A stretch of DNA of 63,650 nt, the filler included, from Octopus bimaculoides (taxonomy: Eukaryota): assembly GCF_001194135.2 (NCBI RefSeq). It is 5 parts of 5 records of this genome, joined end to end, with 100 filler letters (N's around TTAATTAATTAA, not from the genome) between each part and the next. Parts side by side here need not be neighbours in the genome. Positions count along the whole stretch, not along the records: positions 10,811 to 26,195 come from NC_068986.1; 4 more parts are not named here. One strand, written 5' to 3'. Under the pieces are notes generated by a model. That model did not search any database and was not told the DNA's origin. It saw only the letters and a list, made by a program, of their open reading frames with translations. Of this stretch, positions 11,915-24,370 are shown in pieces; positions within the stretch are counted from its first letter, which is position 1; each line of letters opens with the position of its first letter. Made by a program: the position numbers and the translations under genes.

Positions 11915-12505
11915 TACAGGCATGGTTGTGTGGTTGCGTGGTTAAGAAGTTTACTTCCCAACCAGCTGGGCGGCACTGGAGCCAGCTGGGCGGAACTGGA
12001 GCCAGCTGGGCGGCACTGGAGCCAGCTGGGCGGAACTGGAGCCAGCTGGGCAGCACAGGAGCCAGCTGGGCGGCGCTGGAGCCAGCTGGGCGGCGCTGGA
12101 GCCAGCTGAGCGGCACTGGAGCCAGCTGAGCGGCACTGGAGCCAACTGGGCGGCACTGGAGCCAGCTGGGCAGCACAGGAGCCAGCTGGGCAGCACTGGC
12201 AACTATCATGTCCAGATGGTGCTTTTTACATGCTACCAGCACAGGAGCCAGTCAGGTGGTACTGGCATTGACCACACTTGTATGGTGCTTTTTATGTGCC
12301 ACCAGCCTGGAAGCCAGTCAGGCAGTACTGCCATCGGCCACGACAACGATTTCACGTGGCTCAACAGGTTTTCTCAAGCATAGCATAAACCCCAACTCTG
12401 GCATAGGCCACGGATATATATGGCACCTTGGGCAAGTTCCTTCTGCTATAACCTCAGGCTGACCAAAGCCCTGTGAGTAGATTTAGTAGATGGAAACTGA
12501 AAGTC
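11915..12505 (+). mobile_element. SINE family B split by a nested inverted RTE-UTR-like insert
   Basis: Head CAGGCATGGTTGTGTGG..CCCAACCA (11915-11963); body GGCACCTTGGGCAAG..GGAAACTGAAAG resumes at ~12420. Confidence 0.65.
11962..12200. repeat. GC-rich 20-bp minisatellite, ~12 units of CCAGCTGGGCGGCACTGGAG
   Basis: Period of 20 visible directly from 11962 to ~12200. Confidence 0.95.
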
Positions 12506-12835
12506 CATTGTATTGGCATTATGTCACGCTTGAAAAGAAGACCCATCAAGCCGAGCAAAATCACAGTCATGGAAGATACTGGTGTCACACAAATTGGTTC
12601 CTGTTCTGGTGGCACATAAAAGCATCCCAGTGTCATGCAAATGGCACCTGTGCCAGTGGCACATAAAAGCACCCATTACACTCTCGGAATGGTTGACATT
12701 ATGAAGGACATCCAGCAGTAGAAAACCATACCAAATCAGACTGGAGTCTGGTGCAGCCTTCCAGCATGCCAGCCCGGTCAAACCGTCCAACCCATGCCAG
12801 CATGGACAATGGACGTTAAATGATGATGATGATGA

Positions 12836-12840
<5 letters not shown>
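12506..12840 (+). mobile_element. RTE LINE 3' UTR/tail fragment ending in (GAT)n
   Basis: ..CCAACCCATGCCAGCATGGACAATGGACGTTAAATGATGATG; same tail as 27028-27520, which is linked to RTE coding sequence. Confidence 0.75.
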
Positions 12841-12866
<26 letters not shown>

Positions 12867-13213
12867 NNNNNNNNNNNNNNNNNNNNNNNNNNNNNNNNNN
12901 NNNNNNNNNNNNNNNNNNNNNNNNNNNNNNNNNNNNNNNNNNNNNNNNNNNNNNNNNNNNNNNNNNNNNNNNNNNNNNNNNNNNNNNNNNNNNNNNNNNN
13001 NNNNNNNNNNNNNNNNNNNNNNNNNNNNNNNNNNNNNNNNNNNNNNNNNNNNNNNNNNNNNNNNNNNNNNNNNNNNNNNNNNNNNNNNNNNNNNNNNCAT
13101 GTTATAATTGCATACTTTATTCCTATTTGAAACATATGTAGGAATAAAGTATGCAATTATAACATGTGTTTTCTCCATTCCTTAAATTCTTATATATATA
13201 TATATATATATAT

Positions 13214-13365
13214 CATCATCATCATCATCATCGTTTAACGTCCGCTTTCCATGCTAGCATGGGTTGGACGATTTGACTGAGGACTGGTGAAACCGGATGG
13301 CAACACCAGGCTCCAGTCTGATTTGGCAGAGTTTCTACAGCTGGATGCCCTTCCTAACACCACTC
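13214..13365 (-). mobile_element. RTE LINE 3' tail (5'-truncated)
   Basis: (CAT)n-GTTTAACGTCCGCTTTCCATGCTAGCATGGGTTGGACG..GGATGCCCTTCCTAAC; near-identical to 17378 and 24018. Confidence 0.8.
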
Positions 13366-13369
13366 ATTT

Positions 13370-14070
13370 TAACAGATATATTTACCAAATTTACATAAAA
13401 GTTTCCTGAAATACTAAAGAGTAAATTTATTCAATAAAATCGCCATTGGCTTCAACCATAGCTGCCAGATGACTTTGGAATCTCTTGCATCTCTTCTGGT
13501 CAATCTCTGCCATAATCCTTGCCTTCAGTTATCTTTGGTGTTATAAGGAGCTTTGTTGGTCTCTCATACAACTGCGCCCCACACATAATAATGAAGAAAA
13601 TTGCAGTCTGGCGAATTAGGTGGCCTGATGTTAAGGGTGATGTGGTCACAGAAATTGTCTGACAGCCATGACTGGGATCTCTTACTTGTGTGGCATGGTG
13701 CAGAGTCCTGTTGCCAGACGTAGAGTCTTCCAGCAGCCACCCTCTTGACCCAGGGCAGTACCAGCTCCTCCAGGCACTTAATGTATACCTCCATGTTGAG
13801 TCTGAGGCCATGTGGGAAGAAGAATGGAGGCATAATGTCACCATCACTAGTGATCACTCTAAACACCATGATGTTGACTGGATGTTTGATTTTTATCACT
13901 CTCAGTACATGTCCTCAGATTTCACTGTCCTCAGATTGACACCCAAACACTCAGAAATGTTCACATTGGCACGTCCAGCATGAATGCCAAGCAGTACAGT
14001 ATGCTGCTTCTAAAATTTGTGTCATGGTGCTGTTTTTTTCACAGACTGTGCTCAACTGACCCTAGTATAC
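13370..14070 (-). mobile_element. Tc1/mariner maT-type (DD37D) transposase fragment, internally deleted
   Basis: KHPVNIMVFRVITSDGDIMPPFFF..YVWQQDSAPCHT..RPPNSPDCNFLHYYVWGAV; 37 residues between the QQD Asp and the (D>H)Y position. An N-terminal HTH-like piece is joined directly to KHP. Confidence 0.88.
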
Positions 14071-14331
14071 TGTGTAGTATGCATGTGCGAAATTAAAAAT
14101 ATAAAATAATGCCAATTTATCCATCGCAGCTTGTGTGTGTGTGCATATATANNNNNNNNNNNNNNNNNNNNNNNNNNNNNNNNNNNNNNNNNNNNNNNNN
14201 NNNNNNNNNNNNNNNNNNNNNNNNNNNNNNNNNNNNNNNNNNNNNNNNNNNNNNNNNNNNNNNNNNNNNNNNNNNNNNNNNNNNNNNNNNNNNNNNNNNN
14301 NNNNNNNNNNNNNNNNNNNNNNNNNNNNNNN

Positions 14332-14393
<62 letters not shown>

Positions 14394-15084
14394 GTATTTG
14401 TCCCCCCCACCATCACTTCTCATTTGATGTTGGTGTGTTTACGTCCCCGTAACTTAGTGGTTCGGCAAAAGACACCAATTGAATAAGTACTAAGCTTAGA
14501 AAGAATAAGTCCTAATTTACTGTGATCCTCGGTGTGATCTTGTTGAGCTATACTTTGTTGATCAGTAAATAGAAAAGTTAAAAAGAATAATTTAGCCGAC
14601 AGTACTTTCAGTTCTGCTCTACTTCCTGCTGATGTACAGTTTCCAGTTGACTTAACACTTAGGTTTTGTGGTTTGCATTCACTCCATAATCTAAGCACTT
14701 CACATATTCTATGAGCCAGTTCGTCCTTATTATTTTCTATCTTTTTTTTTGTTATTGTTTTTTTGCTATGTTTAGTTTACACAAAATGAAAGTGTTTGTA
14801 GGCGTGAACATTATTTTTACCCATGTAACATAAAGGCTGTCAACTATCAACCTCATAAGTACGCCAAGAAAAATTTAAAGGTGAAGTGAATTTGAACAAG
14901 CGCAGGCATGGCTGTGTGGTTGGGAAGCTTGTTTCTCAATCATCTGGTCTTGAGTTCACATTGGGCAAGTATCTTCTACTATAGCTTTGAGCCAACCAAA
15001 GCCTTATGAGTGGATTTGCTAAAAGAAGCCCATCATATATATACACAAACACACATACGCACATATATACACACACACACACAC

Positions 15085-15129
<45 letters not shown>

Positions 15130-15142
15130 GAGNNNNNNNNNN

Positions 15143-15640
15143 CTTTTAAAACATTTTATTACATTTAAATTTCTATCTTACAATCATATTGTTTATTGCA
15201 CATCTTAAACAGACAAAGTTTAATTTCTCAGATGCTCAAAAATGTCTTCCTTCAACATTGCAGCATTCTTCAAATCTCTTCAGACCACTCTGACACACAA
15301 TGCAGCACAAATTCCAATCTCCATCAATTTCAGTGAATGGGTTAGAAATGTAATTTTTGAATTTATTTACTGTTTTGGGATTCTTCTCATAAACCTTGTT
15401 CTTGACAACTACCCATAAAAAGAAATCCATTGGTGTCAAGTCAGATGAGCATGGTGGCCATTCAACGTTGCCCTGTCTTCCAAAACCAATGCTGTGGAAA
15501 GGCTTGGTTAAGGCAGTGTCTTACTGTCAACGGATAATGTGGAGGTGCTCCATCTTGCTGAAAGAACTGTTCTAAACTGTTAATATATGAATGCGAAAGA
15601 AATAGTTGAATAACTGTAAACCTACTTTTGGGCCACCCTG
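15143..15640 (-). mobile_element. Tc1/mariner rosa-type (DD41D) transposon deletion derivative
   Basis: FFQQDGAPPHYPLTVR..W(fs)GRQGNVEWPPCSSDLTPMDFFLW..FEECCNVEGRHFEH; D-x41-D after correcting a 1-bp insertion. TIR CAGGGTGGCCCAAAAGTAGG at 15640 with TA. Confidence 0.88.
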
Positions 15641-16360
15641 TATATATATGTATATCTATCTATCTATCTATCTACCTATCTATCTATCTGATGAGTGGGG
15701 AGACAAACACAAATATAAAGACGTGCGTGCGCACACACTTGCACGCACGTACGCACACATGTGCACGCATGCAAACACACACACATGCACACACATGCAC
15801 ACACATGCACACACACACACACACACACACACATACATACATATCAACCCCAGTACATAAACCTTAAGACTGGAGCAGGTTCTGTCATTCTCTTTTGCTG
15901 AACCGCTAGTTTACAGAGATGTCAACAAAGCGATACTGGTCATCAAGTGGTATGAGTGGGGGAGATTGATACAAACACTGACAGAAACATACACACTTAC
16001 ATACGCACGCGCACATACACACACAAACACACATAGACCTATACACACACACAAACATACACACATAAATATATGCACATGCATACACAAACACACATAC
16101 ACAAACACGCATACACACACACACAAATATGTATACATATACACACAAACATGCATACACACACACACACAAACATGCATACACACATACACAAATATGC
16201 ATACACACACACACACACAAACTCGCATACACACATACACAAACATGCATACACACACACATAAACACACACACAAACATACATACACACAAACACACAC
16301 ACATACACACACATATATACACAAACACACAAGCACAAGCACACATAAACACATACACAA

Positions 16361-16394
<34 letters not shown>

Positions 16395-16864
16395 GATGAT
16401 CTTCTACACACTTTTTTCCTACCAATTTCATCCACAGAACACTGGTTGGCCTGGGGCTATAGGAAAAAAAAACCTTGCTCAAGGTGCCACACAGTGGGAC
16501 TGAACTCAAAACCTTGGAGCTTCCTCCTAATCATACAGCCAGTGATGACGAATGTACTGCAATCATTCCATAAACACTTTCCCCAAATGTCATCCTGATT
16601 TGCATTGATATGTCATGGCTTTGCAATTCAAAACATTTCTCACCTCCCACTTTATGATTGCTGAATGCTAGCAAACCTCTCACTTACACCTAAATATAAC
16701 TGGCGTCTAGATTGTCTTCTAATTATTTGATACTGTTGTAGGCTTCCTACTTTCTTCTGATCTTTCTATGATTAGCATTTACGTCTTTATCTACCAGGGC
16801 TAGATTAGACCCATACAGGCCCTAAACACTAAGATTTTGGTTCCCCACATATTCTTTTATTTTT

Positions 16865-17270
16865 TCTTTATTCTTTAATTTGTTTCAGTCATTTGACTGT
16901 GGTCATGCTGGAGCACCGCTTTTAGTCGAACAAATTGAACCCAGGACTTACTCTTTGTAAGCCTAGTACTTATTCTATCAGTCTCTTTTGCCAAACTGTT
17001 AAGTTATGGGCATGTAAACACACCAGCATTGGTTGTCAAGTGATGGTGGAGGGACAAACACACACAAACATATACATACACACACATACATACATATATA
17101 TATATATATACGATGGGCTTCTTTCAGTTTCCATCTACCAAATCCACTCACAAGACTTTGGTCAGCCTGAGGCCATAGAAGAAGACACTTACCCAAGGTG
17201 CCACGCAATGGGACTGAACCCAGAACCATGTGGTTGGTAAGCAAGCTACTTACCACACAGCCACTCCTGC
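16865..17270 (-). mobile_element. SINE family B, full length (tRNA-like head, CCTTGGGCAAG core, internal microsatellite)
   Basis: Reverse complement of the copy at 28557-28946. Confidence 0.88.
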
Positions 17271-17377
17271 ACCTATATTCTTTTATTTCTTTATTCTTTT
17301 ACTTGTTTCAGTCATTTGACTGTGGCCATGCTGGAGTACTGAAGATGAGAAATCTAATGCAGAGGAAGCTAGAAAGA

Positions 17378-17538
17378 TCATCATCATCATCATCATCGTT
17401 TAACGTCCGCTTTCCATGCTAGCATGGGTTGGACGATTTGACTGAGGACTGGTGCAACCGGATGGCTACACCAGGCTCCAATCTAATTTGGCAGAGTTTC
17501 TACAGCTGGATGCCCTTCCTAACGCCAACCACTCAGAG
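17378..17538 (-). mobile_element. RTE LINE 3' tail
   Basis: Same sequence as 13214-13365. Confidence 0.8.
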
Positions 17539-18275
17539 AGTCAATCATAATGGAGATACAGTATGGTTAAAGAAATTGAGGGAAGAAGTAATGAGTGAAA
17601 AGCAGCCAAATCTAAGATTAACTAGTGCATTTATGAGTGAAGTGTTAGGGAGAATGCTGAATTGGGAGGGCCCAGGACCAGATTTAGTTCAACAGTACTG
17701 GCTAAAGAAATTTAGTAGTTAACATAGGAAGCTTAGGGAAAAACTTGAAGATTGCCTTAATGGAGGAATAATACCAGATTGGATGATGAGAGGGAGGACA
17801 ATATTCATCATGAAAAAGATAAAGGCAAAAAAGAAACCAAGGTCATAGATATTGCAATACCTGGAGATGTACACATAAGTGACAAAGAACTAGAAAAGAC
17901 TGAAAAGTACAGACTACTAAAAGACGAAATTGTAAGAATGTGGACTATAAGGAGAGTGTCTGACATTCCAGTAGTTGTAAGGGCACTTGGAGCACTAACA
18001 ACCAAGTTTGAGAAATATGTCAGAGAAATTGGAATTGATATGAGAGCAGAGCAAGCTCAAAAAACTGCTCTACTGGGGACAGCTAGGATTTTGAGATGAG
18101 TACTTTGATGTTGAATGTCTCCCACGATAATTAACAACCAAGTATCAATGCTTATAATGTGCAGAAAGAGGCTCTGTGAGACACCTGGCGGTAGGCTGCC
18201 GTCTGCTCTCACAGAATCTACCAGAACAAACAAGACCAAACGTTCTGAGAAGTAAAACAATAATAAAATTAACAA
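17539..18275 (+). mobile_element. R4/Dong-like RLE non-LTR retrotransposon, internally deleted
   Basis: NWEGPGPDLVQQYWLKKF..IPDWMMRGRTIFI joined to KKETKVIDIAIPGD..EKTEKYRLL..PVVVRALG..QKTALLGTARILR (RLE C-terminus), followed by an AAT-rich tail. Confidence 0.88.
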
Positions 18276-20532
18276 AAACTAATAATAAATCTTTAATGAA
18301 ACAATTCAAAAGCATTTCAGGTATAAAATGTCGAGTAAACTGCTGAAGCTTCAATGTGGTAACACCTGCTACCACCACCAAGACTTGCTTCTGCAGTCAT
18401 CTTCAACTGAGCTCATGCTCATAGCTTCTATGCTTGCCATTTTCATTTGTACCTTTTGTTATTTCATTCTAGACTTTCACAGGAGGTTTCTCCCTTGAAT
18501 CTTTCCCTTCACTGTCATACTCAACATATCACCGAATACATCAGAACTCCGAACATTGCCTAAATTTAAGAAAGGGGATATACACCAGGTGTATTCAAGT
18601 AGATAAATTCATCCCATCAAATTGGAAAATATCACCTTCCTCAGATTAACAGCTCCACACCTCATAGACATAGTGAAAGCAAATCTTCTTTCTCCTAAAT
18701 TTAAAACTCCCACTGTAAACACAGAAATAGTGCATTGAATATATCAACACCTTTATCTAATAACACCGCCATCACTGGTTCCCTTGGCAAAACTTTTTAG
18801 ACATTCCAATAATCCACATGAACACAATAGATATTGTCAAATAGATAAAAATTCTTGCAACTGAATGCTGACAATTAAAGGGACGCAACTTATATTTAAA
18901 TAGATTTCAGTTACTGCCCCTCACTCAGAAATGTTTGTAGTAGATCAAGTTTACTGGGTTCGTTTTGAAAAGACTCCAGATGAAATGTCAACTAGCAAAG
19001 GAAAAGTGGTAGAAATGGAAAAACAAATAAATAAATAATTCTGTGTGTTTAGAAAAAAAAATTCAAAGGGGGAGGTGTTGTGGCGGATGCTCCCAGGCGA
19101 AAAGTGGGCTGGTCCATTACAAATAAATAGGGGACTGACAAAGTCAGTAGTGTCAGTTGGTGAAGGTATACAATTCAGACCAATCCCGTAGAAACGACAA
19201 GATACGTCGTCATTATGGAACATATCAATAACCTACACTTCACAGAGTTTACTGGGTTCATTTTTTCCTTTACACCAGCATCAGTGAGGTAGCTATGTCC
19301 TTGACATGCCTAGAAGGACCTCACTAGCCCTCGTGTTTGTTCACTCACCAATCTCTTTACAGAGTGAGAAGCTCAGGTAATAGTGATAAGAAAGATTATA
19401 AACTATTTGATTTTTTTAATTCACATAGTTTAAAAGTGGAGTGACTTTGCTTCTTTCTAGGTCAGTGTGTACTGAATTTGATCATGAATGCCTATCAGGA
19501 ATAAAAAGGAAAAGTGATAATATTTGTCATAGCTCATTAGTGACTCAACATTCAGAGCTGATGCTGTAATAGTTCATGAATGATGTGGTAGTAGATTAAT
19601 GATAGTGCATTAGTGGAGCGATTATTCAGCAGTACTTCCCCTAATTTAATGGAATCGGTCCAGAAGTAAAGGGCTGTGCTATGGCTTTTACAGTCTCTTC
19701 AAAACTAGTGAAATCCATTGGATTAATGTTCCACTTGAATAGTTAAATGTCTACTCTGCTGGGAAAATATGTAAAAGAGGTAATTGAAGAGGGATAACAT
19801 TAACAGTGTGGATGATAACAATTTGTGAGGTGGGAGAACCTGGGTAGTGGTAGCAATTAATCAACCAGATGTAAGGAACAGAGATTACTATACTGGTTGG
19901 CCTTTCTTGCCGTTGGTCAACAGTATTGCAGAGACAGTAACTTAACACTGTTGTGTCTGGGCTGTTTCCAGGAGCCAATACTTGACCCTAAATACACTTA
20001 CTACCTCTCCATTCACAGATACACCATGAAGAAAAAACAAGTTAATAAATTTGCAGTAACAACAGAGCTGCAGGGGATCCCAGATATTAGTTACATATAA
20101 CTACATATCTGCTTTAGGGTTCCAATCTCTCATCCTCCAAACTTGTATTGGTCTGGTGCAACAAATACCACAAGCCTTAAGTCTGTTGGAGTCTCTGTGA
20201 ATGATCTTCTTCTGGAGGCATTTCTGTAACATGCTAATTAACCTGTAGTTGGGACCCTGGCAGTGCTACTACTCTGGTTAGAGTAGATCTAGGAACAATA
20301 TTGGCTAAGAAGCGGTTCCACAACCCTCAAAACCTTGGAACTTCTGAACCAAGGTCCCACAACCAGATGCAGTTTAAAGTCATACCCACATTATTATAGT
20401 AGTGTTAGAAAAAAGTAGACAAAGAAGAAAGCACATCTGTGTGTCAGACATAAGAGTGTATTGGTGAGTGACTTCATATCAGTTAGCATCAGATTTCATT
20501 TTGAGTTTGTGTTTGGTTATAATTACTAGTAA

Positions 20533-20698
20533 AATATTCTTTTCTACTCTAGGCACAAGGCCCAAAATTTGTGGGGAGGGGACCACTCGATTAGATCAAT
20601 TCCAGTATGCAACTGGTACTTAATTTATCGACCTCTGAAAGCATGAAAGGCAAAGTCAACCTCGGCAGAATTTGAACTCAGAATGTAAAGACAGATGA
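20533..20698 (-). mobile_element. 5'-truncated SINE family A with 12-bp TSD
   Basis: AATTACTAGTAA at 20521-20532 and 20699-20710; same tail as 1704-1918. Confidence 0.82.
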
Positions 20699-20884
20699 AA
20701 TTACTAGTAATATATTATTACATAAACTCTAATCCCCATCTCCTGGCAAGTTTTCATGGAAGATTCAAAATGGGCACTACTTGCATAACAGTGGCACTCA
20801 TTTATAACTATTCTGTGAAGGAGACAGTAATACACACAGACCCATTTTGCATAGCATGTGTAATATCATGATTATTATTATTAT

Positions 20885-21254
20885 TATTAATAGCCTGGGC
20901 AAAGTTTAGAGAGCTCTTACCCCTGCTGGCGACAAAGGGACTCTCACTCAGAGTAAAAGGCAGACTGTCTGACGCATGCGTACGAACAGCCATGCTACAT
21001 GGCAGTGAAACATGGGCTGTAACTGCTGAGGACATACGTAAGCTCGCAAAGAATGAAGCCAGTATGCTCCGTTGGATGTGTAATGTCAATGTGAATACCC
21101 GTCAGAGTGTAAGTATCTTGAGAGAAAAGCTGAACATTAGAAGCATCAGTGGTGGTGTGCAAGAGAGACGATTGCGCTGGTATGGACATGTGGTGAGAAT
21201 GGATGAGGATAGCTGCGTGAAAAAGTGCCACACCCTAACAGTTGAGGGAACCCG
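20885..21254 (+). mobile_element. RTE-clade LINE ORF C-terminal fragment
   Basis: AWAKFRELLPLL..LSLRVKGRL..CVRTAMLHGSETW..MLRWMC..RRLRWYGHVVRM; runs into an N gap. Confidence 0.9.
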
Positions 21255-22080
21255 NNNNNNNNNNNNNNNNNNNNNNNNNNNNNNNNNNNNNNNNNNNNNN
21301 NNNNNNNNNNNNNNNNNNNNNNNNNNNNNNNNNNNNNNNNNNNNNNNNNNNNNNNNNNNNNNNNNNNNNNNNNNNNNNNNNNNNNNNNNNNNNNNNNNNN
21401 NNNNNNNNNNNNNNNNNNNNNNNNNNNNNNNNNNNNNNNNNNNNNNNNNNNNNNNNNNNNNNNNNNNNNNNNNNNNNNNNNNNNNNNNNNNNNNNNNNNN
21501 NNNNNNNNNNNNNNNNNNNNNNNNNNNNNNNNNNNNNNNNNNNNNNNNNNNNNNNNNNNNNNNNNNNNNNNNNNNNNNNNNNNNNNNNNNNNNNNNNNNN
21601 NNNNNNNNNNNNNNNNNNNNNNNNNNNNNNNNNNNNNNNNNNNNNNNNNNNNNNNNNNNNNNNNNNNNNNNNNNNNNNNNNNNNNNNNNNNNNNNNNNNN
21701 NNNNNNNNNNNNNNNNNNNNNNNNNNNNNNNNNNNNNNNNNNNNNNNNNNNNNNNNNNNNNNNNNNNNNNNNNNNNNNNNNNNNNNNNNNNNNNNNNNNN
21801 NNNNNNNNNNNNNNNNNNNNNNNNNNNNNNNNNNNNNNNNNNNNNNNNNNNNNNNNNNNNNNNNNNNNNNNNNNNNNNNNNNNNNNNNNNNNNNNNNNNN
21901 NNNNNNNNNNNNNNNNNNNNNNNNNNNNNNNNNNNNNNNNNNNNNNNNNNNNNNNNNNNNNNNNNNNNNNNNNNNNNNNNNNNNNNNNNNNNNNNNNNNN
22001 NNNNNNNNNNNNNNNNNNNNNNNNNNNNNNNNNNNNNNNNNNNNNNNNNNNNNNNNNNNNNNNNNACTCTTCATTTTGAC

Positions 22081-22130
<50 letters not shown>

Positions 22131-22164
22131 TTTTAAAAGGATTGACGTAACTCTTCATTTTGAC

Positions 22165-22222
<58 letters not shown>

Positions 22223-22630
22223 CCCTTTTTCTCAAATTTTGTAACATAACCTTTTGGTATGACTCTATAGGAAATTAAATAAAATACTTATAGAGATAAT
22301 GATATCATCATCATCATCATCATCATTGTCATCATCACCGTTGTCATCATCGTTGTTGTCGTTGTCATCATAATCATCATCATCATCATCACCTTGAGGC
22401 ACTAATGATTCTGCCAGCTAATAGTAATACTGCTGCTGCTGCTGCTGATGTTGATGATGATGACGATGATGATAACGATGATGATGATGATTATGATGAT
22501 GAGCTGGTGGTGGTGGTGGTGGTGGTGATCATCATATACCAGGTTAGATATCATCCTCATTATGATCATCATCATATACCAGGGCAGGAGCAACTTGTGG
22601 CCCTTAATGATCCTTTCTGCATAACCTGTC

Positions 22631-22668
<38 letters not shown>

Positions 22669-22994
22669 AAATTGGGAGAAAATAACAATAAGTAAATGAT
22701 ATTTTTCATTCAGTTTAACATGCCTTGTGTTTTAAAACATCGAATTTGATTCTGTTGAGGCAAAATAAAGAGCTAAAGGTTCACTAAAAGCTAAAAGAAA
22801 GAGGGAGAGATGGGGGAGAGGGGAGAGAGACAGAGGGAGAATGAAAGAGAAGCAGAGAGAGAAAGAGAGGGAAAGGGAGAGAGAGAAACCACTAAGTAAA
22901 ACAACTTGCAAATGGTGGCTTCTCTAGCTACATAATCTCTCTCATCCTCTTGCCGTTCTCATTATCTCTCATCTCCCAAATCTGACAGTGATGT

Positions 22995-23031
<37 letters not shown>

Positions 23032-23737
23032 GATGATGTTGATGATGATGATGATGATGATGATGAGCTGCTGGTAGTGGTGGTGATGATGATGATGAAG
23101 AAGAAGAGGAAGAAGAGGAAGAGTCACTCTCTGTAATATTTGAATGCAGAATCTAAAAAAAAAAAAAACATAGCTAAATGCTTAATTACTGATGTGCCAA
23201 ACAACAGGTTTTTGGCTAATATACTAATACATTAGCATATATCTATTATATCTTATAAGTCTTATGTAACACTGCATACATAATTGACTGGAAAAAAAAT
23301 GTAAACAGATGTCTACACTATCTTTTTATAGGCAGAATAAGTCGAAATCAGATAACCTGGCTTGTTTGTATTGTGTGAGTATTTGTTTCAATTTGTCCAA
23401 TGCTTTCAATAACACAGAGAATGTCAACTAAAACTTGAATTACTACAATAGATATATTCTATCAGACAAGCATATTATCCAAAAGCCTTCTGCTTAGCAC
23501 ACCAATAATTAATTAACTGACCAAACTGCCATTAAAGGGCTACTTAAGTAAACTGGATTTTCCAGTTAATCTACGTCCTTTATACTCATAATGACCACTA
23601 TGGTAACATTGTATATTTCTATTCATAAAAAACGTTCATCTATTAATTCAGATAGAGAGCATTCTAATCTGATCGGTGCAGTTTACTTTCTTAAAAGAAT
23701 ACAAAAAAGAAAGTTTTGTTGAAATAAGAAAAGGGTA

Positions 23738-24370
23738 TGTAGTGATCCCTGGTGGTCAAGCAGGAAAGCAAGATGAAAAGGGGATATAATGAGAGTAATC
23801 TCCCTCGATGTTCTCGAACATTCTAGAAGCTTCCAATTAACTTCCAGATGACGTGGAAGTCAGGGACTTCCGGTTCATCCCGGTTTCTGCTACTTCATTT
23901 GCTTCGTATCTGCCCTGGATCACTACAATAATTTTGCTTATCGACTTCTCGTCTGAGGGGGGAGTTATGTAGTGACCCCTGGGGAGTCAAGCAGGAAAGC
24001 AAAACAAAAAAGGGATGTCATCATCATCATCATCATCATCGTTTAACGTCCGCTTTCCATGCTAGCATGGGTTGGACGATTTGACTGAGGACTGGTGAAA
24101 CCGGATGGCAACACCAGGCTCCAATCTAATTTGGCAGAGTTTCTACAGCTGGATCTAACGAGAGTAATCTCCCGCGACCTTCTTGAACATTCTAGAAGCT
24201 TCCAATTACCTTCCGGATGACATGGAAGTCAAAGACTTCTGGTTCTTCCCTTATATAAAGGAACACATTTCTAATTTCACGCCACTCTTGCCTGTCAGAT
24301 CCTAGACATGCATCGAGTCATGCCACTCGCACACACACCCACATGCGCGGATGTTCACCTCATTTGCTTT
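23738..24370 (+). mobile_element. Tandem pair of LTR-like repeats separated by 40 bp containing a PPT
   Basis: Repeat 1 (23738-23927) starts TGTAGTGATCC and ends GGATCACTACA (TG..CA with inverted termini). GAGGGGGGAG (23955-23964) precedes repeat 2 (TGTAGTGACC at 23968), which contains TATATAAAG. Confidence 0.65.
24018..24155 (-). mobile_element. RTE 3' tail inserted into the second LTR-like repeat
   Basis: Interrupts the alignment of repeat 2 with repeat 1 at AAAGGGAT. Confidence 0.85.

Noticed and set aside
11962-12200. CRISPR-like array
   Set aside because: Contiguous 20-bp units with no unique spacers, eukaryotic context and no cas genes.
15906-16598. Cys/Val- or His/Thr-rich proteins
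   Set aside because: Translations of degenerate (CA)n/(TG)n microsatellite.
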